Positions 1-10,692 of a stretch of DNA of 64,000 bases are shown one piece after another. This DNA is from Macrostomum lignano (taxonomy: Eukaryota): assembly GCA_002269645.1 (NCBI GenBank), contig NIVC01000834.1:62001-126000 (forward strand). Direction: 5' to 3'. The position numbers were made by a program, and so were the translations under genes. Under the pieces are notes generated by a model that made no database searches, was not told the DNA's origin, and worked only from the letters and a program-made list of their open reading frames with translations. Position 1 is the stretch's first letter, and the number at the start of each line of letters is the position of its first letter.

Positions 1-1149
1 TAGAAACACAGATTTTTAAGCTTTTAGGTAGAAATTTTGGCATTCCTTTGGTTTACAATTATCCCAAACAGTGACAATCACCTTAAATAGTGATAATCAC
101 CACAAAAAAACAGTTGTAAGACATAAAATCCATAGTTTCCAATGAAATGAAATCAAATGTTGGCAAATTGACTTTGTTTATTTCAAAAGATAGTAAGATT
201 GTCATAGCACCTTATATTTCACCTTTGGTTTACAATCACCCAAATGTATGTTGCCCATTAAAATGATTGTGAACCGAAGCTAGCTGTAAAAAAGTATACT
301 AAGGGTTGACATGCTTTCCTGAAAATGGTTTTGCCTTTTTAGTTAGTTAGCCTTATTTTAGTTGAGTATAATTAAAACAATATAAGCCCCTAGGATTTTG
401 GTCTAAAAAACTGCTTTTTAGATAGGAAAAATATAAATATAGGTTGGTGCCATTTGACATAAGGGCACTAGTATAGTTTTCTTTATGAAATTGTGCAAGG
501 CCCTTCCCGATTTCTTTATAAAATAGTCACTGTTTAGTCAATTTGAATTTACGCCAAAACTAAGAAACATATTTTGTTTTAATACTCATATTTTCTATAA
601 TATTTTGTGCTAATGAATTTTTGTTTAAAACTGTAGCAAATTTTAGTATAAATAGAAGCGTTTTTGGCGGAGGAGAGGCCAACCTCGCGCATTGCGGTTT
701 CGCAATAAGTGATTGATAGCAAATAGTAAGAGTTCCAAGAAAATAAGAATTGAAAAAATGTTTTCTGTGTTAATTCCTTTTACAAAGTAAGAGTGAAATA
801 GACTGAAACGTATACAGTAGATACTATTAAGAAGCAGTAGTATTGAGTAGTAAGAGTATACGAAGTAGATCTGAAGTGATATGTGTAATAATAACTGGAG
901 GCTGTGACCCTCTGATCTCGGTAACACCCAAGGACTTGCAAAGTACATGGAATACATATACTAGTATAGCCAATAGACCACTCAGGCCAAAAGTACAATA
1001 AACACTACTGGAATAACAGAAGTAAAATCTTTCAGGGCTAATAGTTTTCTAAGAATAATACTCAGACTAAATACTCAGACCTATTCTAAGAAATATTCTT
1101 AGACTTATTCTAAGATTAATAAACTCATAATTTATTAATAGAATAGTAT

Positions 1150-1432
1150 TGGTGGCAGCTACCAACATTTATAAACAGGAGTTTAGCCCTTTAACAACTT
1201 TAGTGACAGCTGTGGAATCATTTGAAGAGACAGAAGAATCAGCCCTTTGACAACTTGGTTGCAGCAATGGGATAATTTCAGTGAGAGCAATTACGCCTTT
1301 GACAACTTTAGTGTCAGTGGTTGAGATTTCTAGAGAGAGCTGAAAGGCCTTTGACAACTTGGTGGCAGCGGTGAGATCTCATATCGTATAGGAAAACCCA
1401 CTGTTACAACTTTGGTGGCATAACAGTGGGAT
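1150..1432 (+). repeat. Array of 5-6 diverged ~53-bp units, each with core ACAACTT-TGGTGGCAGCGGTG(G/A)GAT (tRNA-Leu PBS-like)
   Basis: Cores near 1150, 1190, 1246, 1299, 1351 and 1404. The 1300-1370 segment recurs inverted at ~63880-63945. Confidence 0.55.
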
Positions 1433-1449
1433 TTTGTATCGTACAGGAA

Positions 1450-2279
1450 GGTATCCAGTCAATCTGGCAACAAGACAATCCAGCGACAGACAATCCGGCA
1501 ACAGTCAATCCGGCGACAGACGATCCAGCGACAGATATTAAATCAACATATATCAGCATATTTATGGATTAGTTGAGCTATTATTTTTAGCTTTTTATTA
1601 TTACCTATTAATACTTAAATAATTAAATAACAATTACATAAACTATAATTGTTGCAGTTATATTTTTAGAGCTCTACGTAGCTGTTGATTTTCAATATGT
1701 TATTTTCAAAGACAATCAATCAATTTAATCTGCTTGGAAAGCAAGTTTCTATGACTATGATCAATATTGTTGTATATATTGTATTTGCGACAATATTCAA
1801 GAGTCAAAGAACCAAAAAATTGCTATTCGCACAGCAACTTGTACGTGTTATTTTTAACACGTACACGTAACCTGCATTTAAAGTAACAAATACTGCATGG
1901 ACATACATGCGCAACCTTGGGAATCACTCGGCCGTTTCTATTGGCAACACACACATGTAAGTCGCTATTGGACGGAATAGTACTCACGTGACTGCTCTCC
2001 GCCAATAGCGACTTACATGTGTGTGTTGCCAATAGAAACGGCTGGGTGAATCCCTAGGTTGCGCCCAAGCATGTGCATGGATAATATTAGTATATATAAT
2101 AATAATAATAATAATACTAATAAAAAAATAATAAAAAGCTACAAATAATAGCTTAACTGATCCATATATATCCTGATATATGTTGATTTAATATCTGTCG
2201 CCAGATCATTTGTCGCCGGATTGACTGTCGCCAGATTGACTGTTGCCAGTTCATCTTGTCACTGGACTGTCTGGAAGCC
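1450..2279. mobile_element. Non-autonomous DNA transposon (MITE) with ~150-bp imperfect TIRs containing 15-bp subterminal repeats
   Basis: 1450-1610 is the reverse complement of ~2105-2279 (e.g. CGACAGATATTAAATCAACATATATCAG vs CTGATATATGTTGATTTAATATCTGTCG). Flanked by the 8-bp direct repeat TACAGGAA (1442-1449, 2280-2287). Confidence 0.75.
1902..2073. mobile_element. 172-bp foldback MITE, copy 1 (8-bp TSD, hAT-like), nested in the 1450-2279 element
   Basis: ~63-bp inverted arms around a ~30-nt spacer. TSD TGCATGGA at 1894-1901 and 2074-2081. Second copy at 37827-37998. Confidence 0.8.
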
Positions 2280-5195
2280 TACAGGAACACCCCTAGCACA
2301 AAATTATTTTTCTATTGAATTTAGCTAAACTAATACTTTTTATTTTTTGAGTGGTAATTTTAAATCTTAGGCTATAAGTGGTAAAATATACTTTTAAATA
2401 TAACTTTGAATTTCAAATATACTTTTTGCTTTAGAAAATATACTATGGTAAAAAATGCTTTCTGCTATTCCTTTTACCCACTTAGCAATTATCAGACACC
2501 ACACCTTTGGGCCATAGGCTAGATAGGTCCAAGTCATAAGGTAGACTTTTTTGCTGCATCTTTATCACACAAATCATCAATTCAAATCCTTAGCACTAGC
2601 ACAAATTCAAATGAAAAATAATTTTGTGAAATATCATTGAATGACATGACCATGATGTTAAAATGTCATCAACATTATCAATCATTGGAACTGGCACAAA
2701 TTCAATAGAAAAATAATTTTGCAAATGAAACTGCACTAGTGCCGACATAGGCATAGGCCTAGACTAGGCTATGCATAGAAAAATGTTAAATTTTTTTCAT
2801 AGGCCCCTAGGGTCTATTTGCTATTCTGTTAAGCAGTTGAGCTTAATCCTTAAAGCCTAACCCTGAATGTCTGGCTTAGGCCTAGCCTTAGGTTAGGTAG
2901 GGCACTGATAGGCCTAAAAATAGGCCCTATAACGATTCAATAAGACTTAGTCTTAGGCCACTAGACCTTAGCAAGTTAGGCCTAGCCTAAGGCACAATGG
3001 CACATTTTATTCCATTAGCTAGACCTAGGCCATCCTCTTCTCTATCCTATAATAAGGGCAAGGCCTTAGGCCTAGTAGGCCTAGGACAAATAGACTGTAG
3101 GCCCTAAAGTACAATGTCAATAGTTCCAATTGTTATAAAAACTGGGGGCATTGTATCATTGGCATTGCCTAGTTTCTTATGCCTATTTAGAGATTTTGGA
3201 GTACAAGCCTTAGAGGAGAGGAGAGTTACCCTAGAACTTATAGCCATAGGCAAGTGCTTCTCGTGGTATAACTGGCATGTCTGACCTGATGTTACTCGAC
3301 TCAGGGCAGGTCCACTGCAGCCTGATCGGTTCAGTGCCGCCTCATAACGACAAATATTTAGCACTTTATAAACAATTCAGACAAGGTTTAATAGTAATTT
3401 TAAACAAAGAATTATATTTGTACAGAACTAAGTTTATAATGCTTTTAAACATTAACTAAAAGTTAAAAAAAATGTACGTTGTTAAAATGAGTTAAAGGAA
3501 TAAAAAGTTTTAACCCGTCATAGTAGAATCTTTATAAAAAGGGGGTCCATGAGAATTGACCAAAGACGAAATGCCCGTCAAGATTTGTCCACAGGATATT
3601 TTCCCGTAAAAGCTTTTGCCAAATAAGGCAAAGTGGTTTAAAAAAATTAACCTACGTAAAATTTTCGTAACTATTATCAATTAATTAACTAAGCTGTTAG
3701 ATGGAAAGTTAAATTCAACTGACAAAAAATGAACTGTTTATCACTAGCGAAAAGGTGACTTATAGTTAGCTTTGTGTACAGTATTACAAGTGCAAATACG
3801 CTACATTCGACCGGATCATGGCTTTAGACAAGAGTTTTAATTCCTGCCTATAATATGCGAGCCCCCTCATGCCTTGATTTAGTCAAGGAGCTCGAATCAG
3901 TTCAGTACAGTTCGTTTCGTTTTGCTTTAGTTTTGTCTCGCCAGTAAATACAGTTTCTCAGTTCTGCAATGGCCCTTCTCCCATTGTCAAAAAAGCAGCC
4001 TTTCTGATAATGAAAGTGTCTATGGTCAAACCTGATCCACACTCAATATATTTCTTCACTTAATTGAAACCTCTGGATAATGGTGTTCATCTCGCGATAA
4101 CAATGGGTTATTTTTAAAACAGAAAAATGGGTTAATTCTTTCTTGAAACAACGCGAACAAGAAAGAATAAACACAATAGTATACTCGTTCGTATTAAATG
4201 GTGAAAATTAGTCTCCATGTACAGCAGAATTGTCACAGGTACCATCCTCCTTTATTACAGTTGGCAATTGTTGAGAGTACAATTTTTATTGTGAAGATAC
4301 TCCGGCCGTTCGTCTCCCGACCATCAGCCACATTACATGTATCACCTTTTCTTGCGCGATGGAGCTCTGGATGCGCTGATGTCGGCAGGCATTGTTACAT
4401 GACCGCGTGGGTCTGTGCGTTTTCTCCCCATGCTCAGAGCAAGCGACACTGCATTTTTTGCAAGGACTGTCCCGTTTCATCGCCAGGTAGCGCCGGACAG
4501 TGCCCTCGGACTTTTGATCCGTAATAGCCATGCTCATTGAATGCCCGTCCGATTCCAGATCGCACACTCTGCTAACTCTAGTCTAGAACGGAGCAGGAAA
4601 CAAGACCAGGGAAATTCAAATTATTTTCAATCATGCAAACACATCGGGAAAGTCACATATACCTTCATCGACCCACTAACTCACCGCGGATGCTGATTTG
4701 TGTATTCCTTCGGCAGCGGCACTTCTTTACTCAGCGCCTTCTTGAAGGTCCTTAGAGTACGAGGTAGTTGATTCCTCGCTTCTTTCTGCTTTGAAAAAAA
4801 TCACCTGGTGCCTCCGACAATTAATCCTCGTCAGTATCACTGTTCTCCAAGAAAGTGAAAGATAGAAAAGTTAAAAAATCTTAGATCATTGTCCTTGATG
4901 TCCTTCTCGGATGAAGACTCACGAGATCCAATTGAGTTCCTTAATTGAATAAACTTCCATTGTCCTGACTCAGTTCTCAACCTGGACCTGCTCTGAGGCT
5001 AACACAAGGACAACTTAAGTAGATTACTTGAGTAACTTTAAGTACTTAAGTTGTCCTTGACCCGAAGGGACTGGTGGCAGCACTTACCTACGCAACCAAG
5101 AAAGCTTCCGCTTAAAGCAGCGGTGGGATACCTACCAGGCATTTGCACCACAGCGCGCAAGACCCCGATTTCGTCAGATTTCATGACTCTGTTGC

Positions 5196-5884
5196 TTAGC
5201 AACTGACGCTCGGGTTTGCCTCAGAGAAGGCAAGGGTCTTGCATTGGCGCACGTGATTTTCCCCCATAAACACGAGCCCAGCGTCACGGACCCCCTGGCC
5301 GCCGCCCGGGAAACGCCGTTGTTCATATCGCGGCCCCATCAGCAGCTCCACCGGCGCTCGGCCCGTTGTTGCGTTGGGCGCCGTCTGGTAAGCCAGCATC
5401 CACTCGTCAGAGCGATCGCGCTAGTCTTTGTTCTCGGCGATATGGCAGCGCGAATGGCCTTGTTGATCGATCTGTTCAGGCGCTCGGTCAAGCCTTTGGC
5501 AGCCGGGTATAGCGGAGTGATGGCAGGAAGTCCTTAAACTGTCCTGACGAGAACGGAGGTCCATTATCCGTAATGATCTCCTCCGGGATGCCAAACCTGC
5601 AGAATTACTCGCGCAGCCGTGGGACAATGGCGTCTGCTGTTGTGGACCGCAAGACTTGAACCTCCGGGTACCGGGAGTAGTGGTCTACGCAGACCAGCAG
5701 CATTTTTTTCTGAAGCGGGCCCAGCAGGTCGGCGCCGATCGACAGCCAGGCGCGTTTGGGTATTTTGGATGGTGCAAGGGCGTCGCGCTGACTGTTGGCT
5801 TGTGGGACGACTCGATGCAGCTCCGGCATCGGCGCTCATTTTTGGCCACCAGACCTTGCTGTTCCTGAGCATCCTGAGCATCAA
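5196..5884 (-). pseudogene. Decayed Ty3/Gypsy integrase fragment
   Basis: Frameshifted pieces read SKVWWPKM (Zn-binding region), AWLSIGADLLGPL..LLVCVDHYSRYPEV (integrase core D) and LAYQTAPNATTGRAPVELLMG, all typical Gypsy integrase motifs. Multiple frameshifts. Confidence 0.8.
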
Positions 5885-7016
5885 AGTTGATTTGTTTATT
5901 CATTGTTTTAAAATTAATTTTTGATTTTAAAACTTGCTTGCTAAAATGATTTGTTTGAATATTTAAATTTAGAATTTAACCTTCTGTTATTAAAATTACG
6001 TAACACGCATGTAGACATACATATACGCCTGAACAAGCGCAATTCGATAAAAGTAAAGAAAATGAGAGCAAAAACTAGTCTGCTCTCTGGTGGATAATTG
6101 CGCTCTATGAGTATATCGCGAAATTAAACAGTATGCATATGAAAAAGCATGCACACATGGATCCAAGTTTATATGTACGTGTTTTTACATGTCAAGATAC
6201 TAAATCATGAAAGAAAATATCATACATAAGATGCCACACAGGAATCAGTTTACATGATGCAGTAATTAGTTTAAGTTGACAGACTCTATCTATTTTTCAT
6301 GCTCTGCATGCACCTATGCGTGGGATTTTAAGAATTTGAGGAAAATAATAGATAATTGGATAAAATTAAACAGCTAGTTTAATAATTAGATTAATAATCT
6401 ATTACAAATGAACAGCAGGATTAAAAGTGCATTCACTAAACAGTAAATTATTGGGATACTAATGCATGAAAATGTACTTTCAAATTGTTTACAACTATAG
6501 GTGGGCTTTACGACAGGATGCAGGATCAAGAAGAGTCCGATGTGAGGGTATCATACCAGGAGAGTACAACGCAAGGAATTTAGGAGGGTGTAAGAAAATC
6601 AATGCATACCATATAGCGTATCGGAAACCTTTAAATATACTGTTGGTACGAGCTAATTGTGCAAAACTATGCTTTAACGAGAAGAAAATAAGTCGGATGT
6701 CACCGATAGAAAAAATTGTGACATTTTTTAGCTATACAGCAACAGTTCTGCACGAATGCATGTAAACGGAACAGTTAAAGTACGCCGTAATATAATAACC
6801 AAATGGCGTGTAGTAGCAAGAATCATGGTAAGTGTAAGCAAAAGGGTTGCAAAAAAGCTACATGTAGCTAAATAAAGCCTGTATTTAGCCTCCATACATG
6901 CCACTCGATACATGCAGCGAGTTAATATTGTCACTCTGTAGCCACAAGCAGCTAAAGCAAACTACTAGCAAATTAATCGTACAATAAGTCTCAGTTTATC
7001 CCGTCCAAAAAACGGA

Positions 7017-8807
7017 TCAGTTGGAGTGCAAATGTATGGTCGGATTCGATCCGTACAGCGTCAAAATCTGGCTGGCACGACGACCAGTGAGCGCCTCGTT
7101 CGAAGCGCTGATCGACTGTCGCCTATCAGCGTCTCCAGATTCGTCGCTATCTTCCGATGCGGCCGGTTGGTCGTCGTCCTCGTCGCTGGTGTAGCCGATC
7201 TTGCCGCACAGGTAGGCCATGATGAGCGCCGAAGCCTCCAGCAATTCGAAGCCGGTCAGGACGGAGAAGCCCAGAAACAATCCCAGAGTGCCACCGATGT
7301 CCGACAAGTAGTTATCGATAGCGTAGGCCTGCTTCTCAATGATGTGCTCGGCCATCACACCGTCAACGTACACAACCAGATTGAGCAGGTTCCTTCGAGC
7401 AGCAAGCTTGGTCTGGTTTTTCAGATCGGCTACTTTCGGCTTGACGTCGACCAGGTCCCCAAACAGGCGCATCTCGTAACTGTCGGTAGGCCACTCGCTG
7501 AGGGACTGCTTGAACGTAAAGTGTGACTCCTCGCACGGCAACTGACAGTCGCACTTGAGGTCACCCTGGTCCGAAGCGTACACGGTGTTCATCAGGCAGG
7601 ACAACTGCTCCTCAGTCTGGCACGGCTTAAGTCGCGCTTTCAGGTTGCTGTAGTAGACGGCGTTGGCCCTGTCGTAGCAGCCGCACAGCTTGTGCACGCG
7701 ATCGTACAGGCAGAGCATGGTGCAAGCGTTATAGGTGTACTTGAAGCCGTGGTTTTGAAGGAAGCCTTCGCCATCGTGACAGCTGCCCTTCGGCCGGTTG
7801 ATGCGGTTGATCATGCGCAGCGACATGCCGATTGAAGTTTGAAAGCCGGGTGGCACCGAGAAGCCGGTAGTCTCTGGAAAGGCCAGCGAGCCGAACTCGT
7901 GAATGTGCACCTTGATACCCGAGCTCGGGATGAAATTCTGCAGGTATTCTTCCAGCTCAAGATAGAGCGTCAAGATGAGGCCGTGCTCTCGACCATTCTT
8001 GCCAATCACTGGCCTACCAGCCATGGCAGACTGCCAACCGTTGAAGGTGAAGCAACTGCCGTAAGTCTTAGTCAAGGAAACGCTGAAGTGCTTGGTGTTG
8101 CACCGCTGGCCGGCAAAGCTGCACTGCAGAATGAGGTCGGACATCTGGTAGCCCATGCGCAAGCGTTGCTCGGGCGTGTGGTTGCTAATGAGCCTGTGAA
8201 AGCGCATCCAATCGACCTGCTGAGTCATCAGTTGAGTTCCGTTATCCACCACCGAGTAGTTTTTGGTTTCTAGGCCGGCGATGAAGCGCTGCAGGTCCGG
8301 CTGGCCAAACAGGCTGACCATCGAGCGGCGGAGCGGGTTGTGGTTGCAGACCGTGACCGACGGGAACTCGAAGGGTTTGTAGGACAGCTGAATAATGGTG
8401 GACTTGGGATCGCTGAAGTAAGTCCTGCTGAGGCTGTACAGCTGCCGGATTGTTAAAATCAGACAGACGGTGAATGCGATGGCCCAAAGAGTTTTGAACA
8501 CCGGATGACTGCGCTTAACAATGTTGCTGATGGCGAGTAGGCTGGTGTTGGACAGCAGCGCGTCCAGGAAGTCTTTGATGTTGTTCTCGTAAAGCGTCTG
8601 CTCTTCGCGCGTCCGCCGCTTTGGTCGCAGTTTTTCGCGAATAAGCCGTCCGTTGAACTTGCCAGAATTTGAGTCTTCGTCGGTGGACTTAGTTGCGCCA
8701 TAGTCTGGCAACCCGGATGTCCGGGATGAGTCTGCCTTCTCGTCGTCCGAAGACTTTTCCAAGGATGTGACTCGTTTCTTGGAGCTGTCAGATGACTCTT
8801 TAGACAT
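7017..8807 (-). CDS. DEG/ENaC (amiloride-sensitive / ASIC / FaNaC-like) sodium channel subunit, single exon, 596 aa
   Basis: TM1 (TLWAIAFTVCLILT), FPSVTVCNHNP motif, QCSFAGQRC and YGSCFTFN motifs, Cys-rich thumb (CTMLC..CGC..C..C..CDCQLPC), TM2 SDIGGTLGLFLGFS with G-x-S filter. Confidence 0.95.
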   Translation of the reverse strand: MSKESSDSSKKRVTSLEKSSDDEKADSSRTSGLPDYGATKSTDEDSNSGKFNGRLIREKLRPKRRTREEQTLYENNIKDFLDALLSNTSLLAISNIVKRSHPVFKTLWAIAFTVCLILTIRQLYSLSRTYFSDPKSTIIQLSYKPFEFPSVTVCNHNPLRRSMVSLFGQPDLQRFIAGLETKNYSVVDNGTQLMTQQVDWMRFHRLISNHTPEQRLRMGYQMSDLILQCSFAGQRCNTKHFSVSLTKTYGSCFTFNGWQSAMAGRPVIGKNGREHGLILTLYLELEEYLQNFIPSSGIKVHIHEFGSLAFPETTGFSVPPGFQTSIGMSLRMINRINRPKGSCHDGEGFLQNHGFKYTYNACTMLCLYDRVHKLCGCYDRANAVYYSNLKARLKPCQTEEQLSCLMNTVYASDQGDLKCDCQLPCEESHFTFKQSLSEWPTDSYEMRLFGDLVDVKPKVADLKNQTKLAARRNLLNLVVYVDGVMAEHIIEKQAYAIDNYLSDIGGTLGLFLGFSVLTGFELLEASALIMAYLCGKIGYTSDEDDDQPAASEDSDESGDADRRQSISASNEALTGRRASQILTLYGSNPTIHLHSN

Positions 8808-9636
8808 TCTATTGCCTAGAGGCTTGGTAGAGACTGCAGTGACAACGAGCGAGTTTTTGGATCGTGCTGCTTAAAACTCCTATCAAACCCGTTGTCCAGC
8901 AAAGGAACTTGAAGCTCTCGCCAAACAATCCCGAGATTTGCGTGCCAAAGCACTGCACTGGCTTGAATCCTACGTGTGCAGTAGCTAGCCTAATATCGAT
9001 ATTGGAATCCCCATTCCAATCCCACGACCTTCCTTAAAGTGATCCCCAAATATTCTTCCTGCGCAACCCCCACTCAGCCACTCCCCATAGCGCTGTTGAG
9101 GAAAAAGCGAGACGAAAAAATTTCTGCCGATTTTAGTTAAAAAGGCGCGGTAGACCTGCACTGTTGAGGCAAAACTTTGTTGGAAACCAAAAAGTGTAGG
9201 AGAAAGGGAGACTCAAGGTGCTGCGCCACGTTACGCCTACTCAGTCTCAAGCGTAGCCTACAGCTAGCTACTCAAATTATGGAGGGAAAGAGATTCAGAA
9301 GATTAGTATTATAATAGTCAATCGAGAAGCAGTTGATGGCAACAGCTGCGCACTGTACTGCACGCTCCCTAGCGAGCAGCAGGCCCGGCAGATCGAGGTT
9401 TGATCCCTGCAACATGCCAACTGTGGACAGGGGGAGAACTTCTCTGCAAAATTTGTTGTTCCGACAAGAGTTGGCCCCCCTAAAAATTGAAGCAGCAGAC
9501 TCTGCTTTCGGTGAGATACGCATTAAATGGAAACGTAACTTTTCGCCTTTTTAGTACTTGGTTAAGATCAATATTGCGAGCAGACGGGATTTCTGGGACA
9601 CAATAAAGCGTGGTATAAACTTTCATTTCCTTGTAC

Positions 9637-10112
9637 GGCTACCGGACATTTCCCCTCTGGCATTTCCCCTCCGGTGTTCCCCTCCGGCATTTCCTCACCC
9701 AAGTTTGCTCACCAACCTGCGCGGTTTTGCCTATATGCCTATTACTGCGCCTGAATCATCTGTTGAACCGACTGAAAAACTTTTCTTCCAATTTGTTCGA
9801 CAATGCTTTGTTACGTCTTTTAAGATTTTTACAATTTTTTACAATACACAGCAGCCACATTCACAGCCATGCAGCCACTTCTATTTCAATTTTTATCGAA
9901 ACGCCGGGGGGGGGAATGCCGGAGGGCCAATCTACTGCCGTCCGGAGGGGAAATGCCGGAGGGACAATCTACTGCCGTCCGGAGGGGGAAATGCCGGAGG
10001 GGAAACGCCGGAGGGGAAACGCCGGAGGGGAAACGTCGGAGGGGAAACGTCGGAGGGGAAACGTCGGAGGGGAAACGCCGGAGGGGAAACGTCGGAGGGG
10101 AAACAACGGATT
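9637..10112. mobile_element. Foldback-type non-autonomous element with inverted 14-bp subterminal tandem repeats (GGGGAAACGCCGGA / TCCGGCATTTCCCC)
   Basis: Left end GGCTACCGGACA followed by TTTCCCCTCCGGCA repeats (9640-9700). The right end carries the reverse-complement repeats (9900-10105). No clear TSD. Confidence 0.6.
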
Positions 10113-10692
10113 TAGGTGTAGAAACTGAATGACAAAAGTGACAACCGTTTAACATACGGCAACTCATGCGTATCGTTTGTCAGATAAATAAATAACAACC
10201 ATTTTTATATATACATGCTTAACTTTCTACTTGCAGTAGGCTAGTAGAATCGGGTCCACTAATTTTGATAAGTGAACGCATTTCTCATGGTATTTCACAA
10301 CGTACAGGGGAGCAAAGAATTATTTAAACTACAATATTATCATTTTATTGCCAAGCTGTAAAACAGGTGACAATTTATAGCCAGTCTGCTGTGCAAGTAA
10401 AACTTGGTTTAAGCTGCGAAACATTGGTAGCATGGTGAATCTCATCAATGAAGTTTGCATTGAGATTATCAATATGGCATGAATGGTAAATGGCGTGAAT
10501 TATTAATGGCGCAAAAATGTGAATGGCGAGAGTTGTGAATAGTATGCGCTTTGAATGTTGTGAATGGTTAATTGAATGAATCGTGAAGTGTGAATAGTGA
10601 ATGGAGGTGAATGATGGCGGAGGGTATTAACTGTGAATGGTGTTAAAGAGGAAGGGCGTGAACTGTGAATGGCGTGTATTTTGAACGGTATG

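Noticed and set aside
4198-4900. Cys/His-rich minus-strand fragments (possible piggyBac C-terminal or FLYWCH-like domain)
   Set aside because: The motifs are split across frames and cannot be assigned without a profile search.
7026-8273. Plus-strand ORFs over the DEG/ENaC gene
   Set aside because: Antisense shadows of a GC-rich coding sequence.
9330-9420. Possible tRNA-derived SINE head (GGTTTGATCCC)
   Set aside because: Only a weak B-box, with no tail or TSD found.
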